Source of the DNA: Oikopleura dioica
Lineage: Eukaryota > Animalia > Chordata
Length of the DNA: 64,000 bases
Reading direction: 5' to 3'
Assembly (NCBI GenBank): GCA_907165135.1
Contig: OU015566.1
Span: 4,712,001 to 4,776,000 of the forward strand
The notes under the pieces were generated by a model that saw only the letters and a list, made by a program, of their open reading frames with translations, was not told where the DNA came from and searched no databases. The position numbers and the translations under genes were made by a program. Position 1 is the first letter of the stretch, and every line of letters begins with the position of its first letter. Shown one piece after another: positions 61,480 through 64,000 of the stretch.

Positions 61480-62170
61480 GTAAGCAGCAGAGTTGCAAAT
61501 TTTGCCTTATTTTCGCCGAGCTGTAGAGTTGCAAATTTGTTAAACTAAGTGAGCTGAGTTGGCTGAGTAAGCTGAGCAGCTCAGCTCAGCTCAGGTCAGT
61601 GATTTTCGAAAATGATCTGATCTGCGAAGCTCAGCTCGGACAATAATCACTCAGCTCAGCTCAGCTCAAAAATTTTTGAACATGTTCAGTTCTGCTCAGC
61701 TCAGCTCAGCTCAATGATCTAAACACAATTTTACAACTAAAAATACAGTTTAAAACAGCTCAGTTTAGCTCACCCAGCTGAGCTCAGCTCTAATTAGAAT
61801 CTGCTCAGCTCAGCTCAATTACCTAAAAAAGGTCTACTCAGCTCAGCTCGATCATTTCTGAAAAAGGGCAGCTCTGCTCAGTTTATCGAGCTGCCAAATA
61901 AGTCAGCTCCGCTCAGAGAATTTTTCACGTAGGGCAACTCAGCTCAGCAAAAGTAAACCAAACTTTGTTACTCTCCTGAGCTGAGGTGAGCTGACCTGCC
62001 AGAAAAATTCAATGAGCTGAGCTGCCCTTTTTCAGATTTGAATGAGTTGAGCTGAGCTGATCAGACCCTTATTAGAGCTGAGCTGAGGTAAATGAGCTGA
62101 ACTATGCTGTTTTCTACTCTATTTTTAGTAGTAAAATTATGTTAAAATCATTGAGCTGAGCTGAGCTTAG
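61480..62170. repeat. Dispersed GAGCT/AGCTC-rich foldback-like element related to the 39340 satellite
   Basis: agagttgcaaattt start. CTCAG units in the left half and CTGAG units in the right half. Confidence 0.75.
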
Positions 62171-62908
62171 CGACGAGAAAAAGCATTTCGAAATACGAGA
62201 AAAATAGACACCGATTGTTTCTGATTCAGCAGAATAATGCTGCTCCCGTGTTTTGACCACAATTACTAGTAGAGCTCGCTACTCGCGCATGGTACCACAC
62301 ACAATACTTTCTGAGAGGGCGAGGCTTGCCCGACAAGCCGTGGTGCTCGAAAAACATAAAAGAGGAAAATATTTTTTCATGGAAAAAACTAAAATTCTGA
62401 CGTCTTTATTGGACTTTAAATTTTCAATCAAGAAAATCAAAATTCAAGGCTCTAAGCAAGAGTTTATTGTGAAAATCTTTCAAAATTTTCGATTTAAATT
62501 TGACAGCATCAAGATTATAAGGAAGGTTTAAAATGAAATTAACGGGAAAAAGAGATTTTTACCTGAAAATAAATTTTTATGAGAAAGCAATGATTAAGGG
62601 GATCCCTCCATAATTTCAAACTTTTTAATCAGTTATATAATAATTATAAAAAATAATAATAAAATTATAAAATAAAATTGTCTAAATGTCAATGAATGGA
62701 AAATAGACAAAATTTCTACAGCAGAAAAATTTGTAGTACAAACTTTGTGCCTTGGCGTACGAAAATTATCATAATAACTCAGCATGGCTTACGAGCGCCG
62801 ACCAGCAGTGGCGCTCCGAAACGAGGCAAATAAAAACGCGAGTTTTCATGAATACGGCAGATCTCATCGAGTCTCTTTTCTGATAAATAATCAGAAATAA
62901 AAAAGAAA

Positions 62909-63952
62909 ATGAAGGTAAGAATCAGAGATAATGTTAATTTTTTTGCAACTTGAATGATGAAAATTCTCTAGGCATTCGCTCTCTTCGCATCTGCCTCGGC
63001 ATGGACCAGTTCAGAGTACGCTACCACGTATTCGTATTGGGATCCCAGCAATATGACCTGCGGCGGAACCATCACCGAATCAACCCTTCTCGTCATTCCA
63101 ACGGATGAAAATGGTTTCTACTACAACGACATGGACTGCCACTGGGATCTCCAATTCCCAGAGGACGTCAGCCTCTTGCACGTCGTTCCACGCAACTTCG
63201 CCGTCGAGGACTGCGGTTCGGGATGCTATTGTGACGCGCTCATTGTCAACGCAAACCAGACCGACGAATCGGGCTACTGCGGCTTCCAAGAAACCTCTCG
63301 ACGAAGGAGACAAGCCGAAAAGGAATACAGTCTCGAAGGTAGATATAATATATATAATGAGAACTCGAACAATACTGGCATGGATGCGCGAACTATCGTC
63401 GGAAACACCGGAACGATCAAATGGTTCACCGATGGCTCAGTTGCCTATCGGGGTGCCGAAGTCTGCATTTACGCCGATGGAGACGATATGGAAGCTGTTT
63501 GCCCCCCACCTGCCCCAGCGGCTCCAGCAACTCTTTCTCCAGCCGACGCTTGGGCCCAGATCGAAGCCGCTGCTGCTGATGTGGCCACCGTCGTCAACGA
63601 CTTCTACGCCGCTCTCCCCGGCCTCGGTGCCAACTCCGTCCTCGCAACCAAGAAGGTCAATCGATTCAACGATTTCTTCGCCAAGATGCAAAAGCTCAAC
63701 AACCACTCTTCCGCCGATGCCTGCGCCTACCCTGCTGGCTCCAACGATCACTCCACTTTCGTCTCCCCTGTCGACTCCGCTGACGGCTGCGAGGAATTGG
63801 CAGGCCTTTTCGCCTCTCTCGCCTCCTTCCTCGACTCCTACGTCTGCCTTCCCAGCGCCGAATCCAGATCAATCAAATGGACTAGACTCATCCAGCGACA
63901 GCGAAAATTGGTCATGACCCGAAAACTCAAGCAGATGAGCTGCGGAAACTAA
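62909..63952 (+). CDS. Secreted CUB-domain protein with a C-terminal helical domain
   Basis: MK|ALALFASASA signal. CUB CGGTITE..YYNDMDCHWDL..FAVEDCGSGCYCDAL..WFTDGSVAYRG. Confidence 0.85.
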
Positions 63953-64000
63953 GCGCCCAAAAACGGCAACGAATCGTTGTCGACAAATTCAAATTATACT

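Overview
Compact, AT-rich animal genomic DNA. Very short (about 30-60 nt) introns, operon-like spacing, GA-AG introns and the gene content point to the larvacean tunicate Oikopleura dioica or a close relative (inference). About 22 spliced protein genes were assembled by eye. They include a Frizzled-CRD protein, an atypical kinase, a DNAJC25-EEFSEC-UBE4B run, an astacin mosaic, a CTL/kringle/trypsin protease, a TRPM2-like channel, RIB43A, an SLC43-like transporter, a damaged nucleoside hydrolase and several secreted lineage-specific proteins. There is one tRNA-Trp gene, one intact young Penelope-like retroelement with minimal hammerhead ribozymes, and many MITEs and satellites. Main signals: (1) Four hAT-like MITEs with 8-bp target duplications sit inside coding exons. 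Three have CTGG...CCAG ends such that a G-starting donor at TIR base 5 plus the terminal AG would remove them with an in-frame +12 nt scar (candidate introner system). (2) At least five introns need GA donors and all share the context AG|GA...AAAG|. (3) The Penelope element has a perfect 208-bp 5' hairpin seeded by a built-in 16-bp hairpin, an alternative competing hairpin, and a ribozyme inside a putative 5' UTR intron. (4) A candidate novel neuropeptide precursor. Several single-base frameshifts all fall in homopolymers and look like long-read assembly errors. Splice models are manual and unverified by RNA data.
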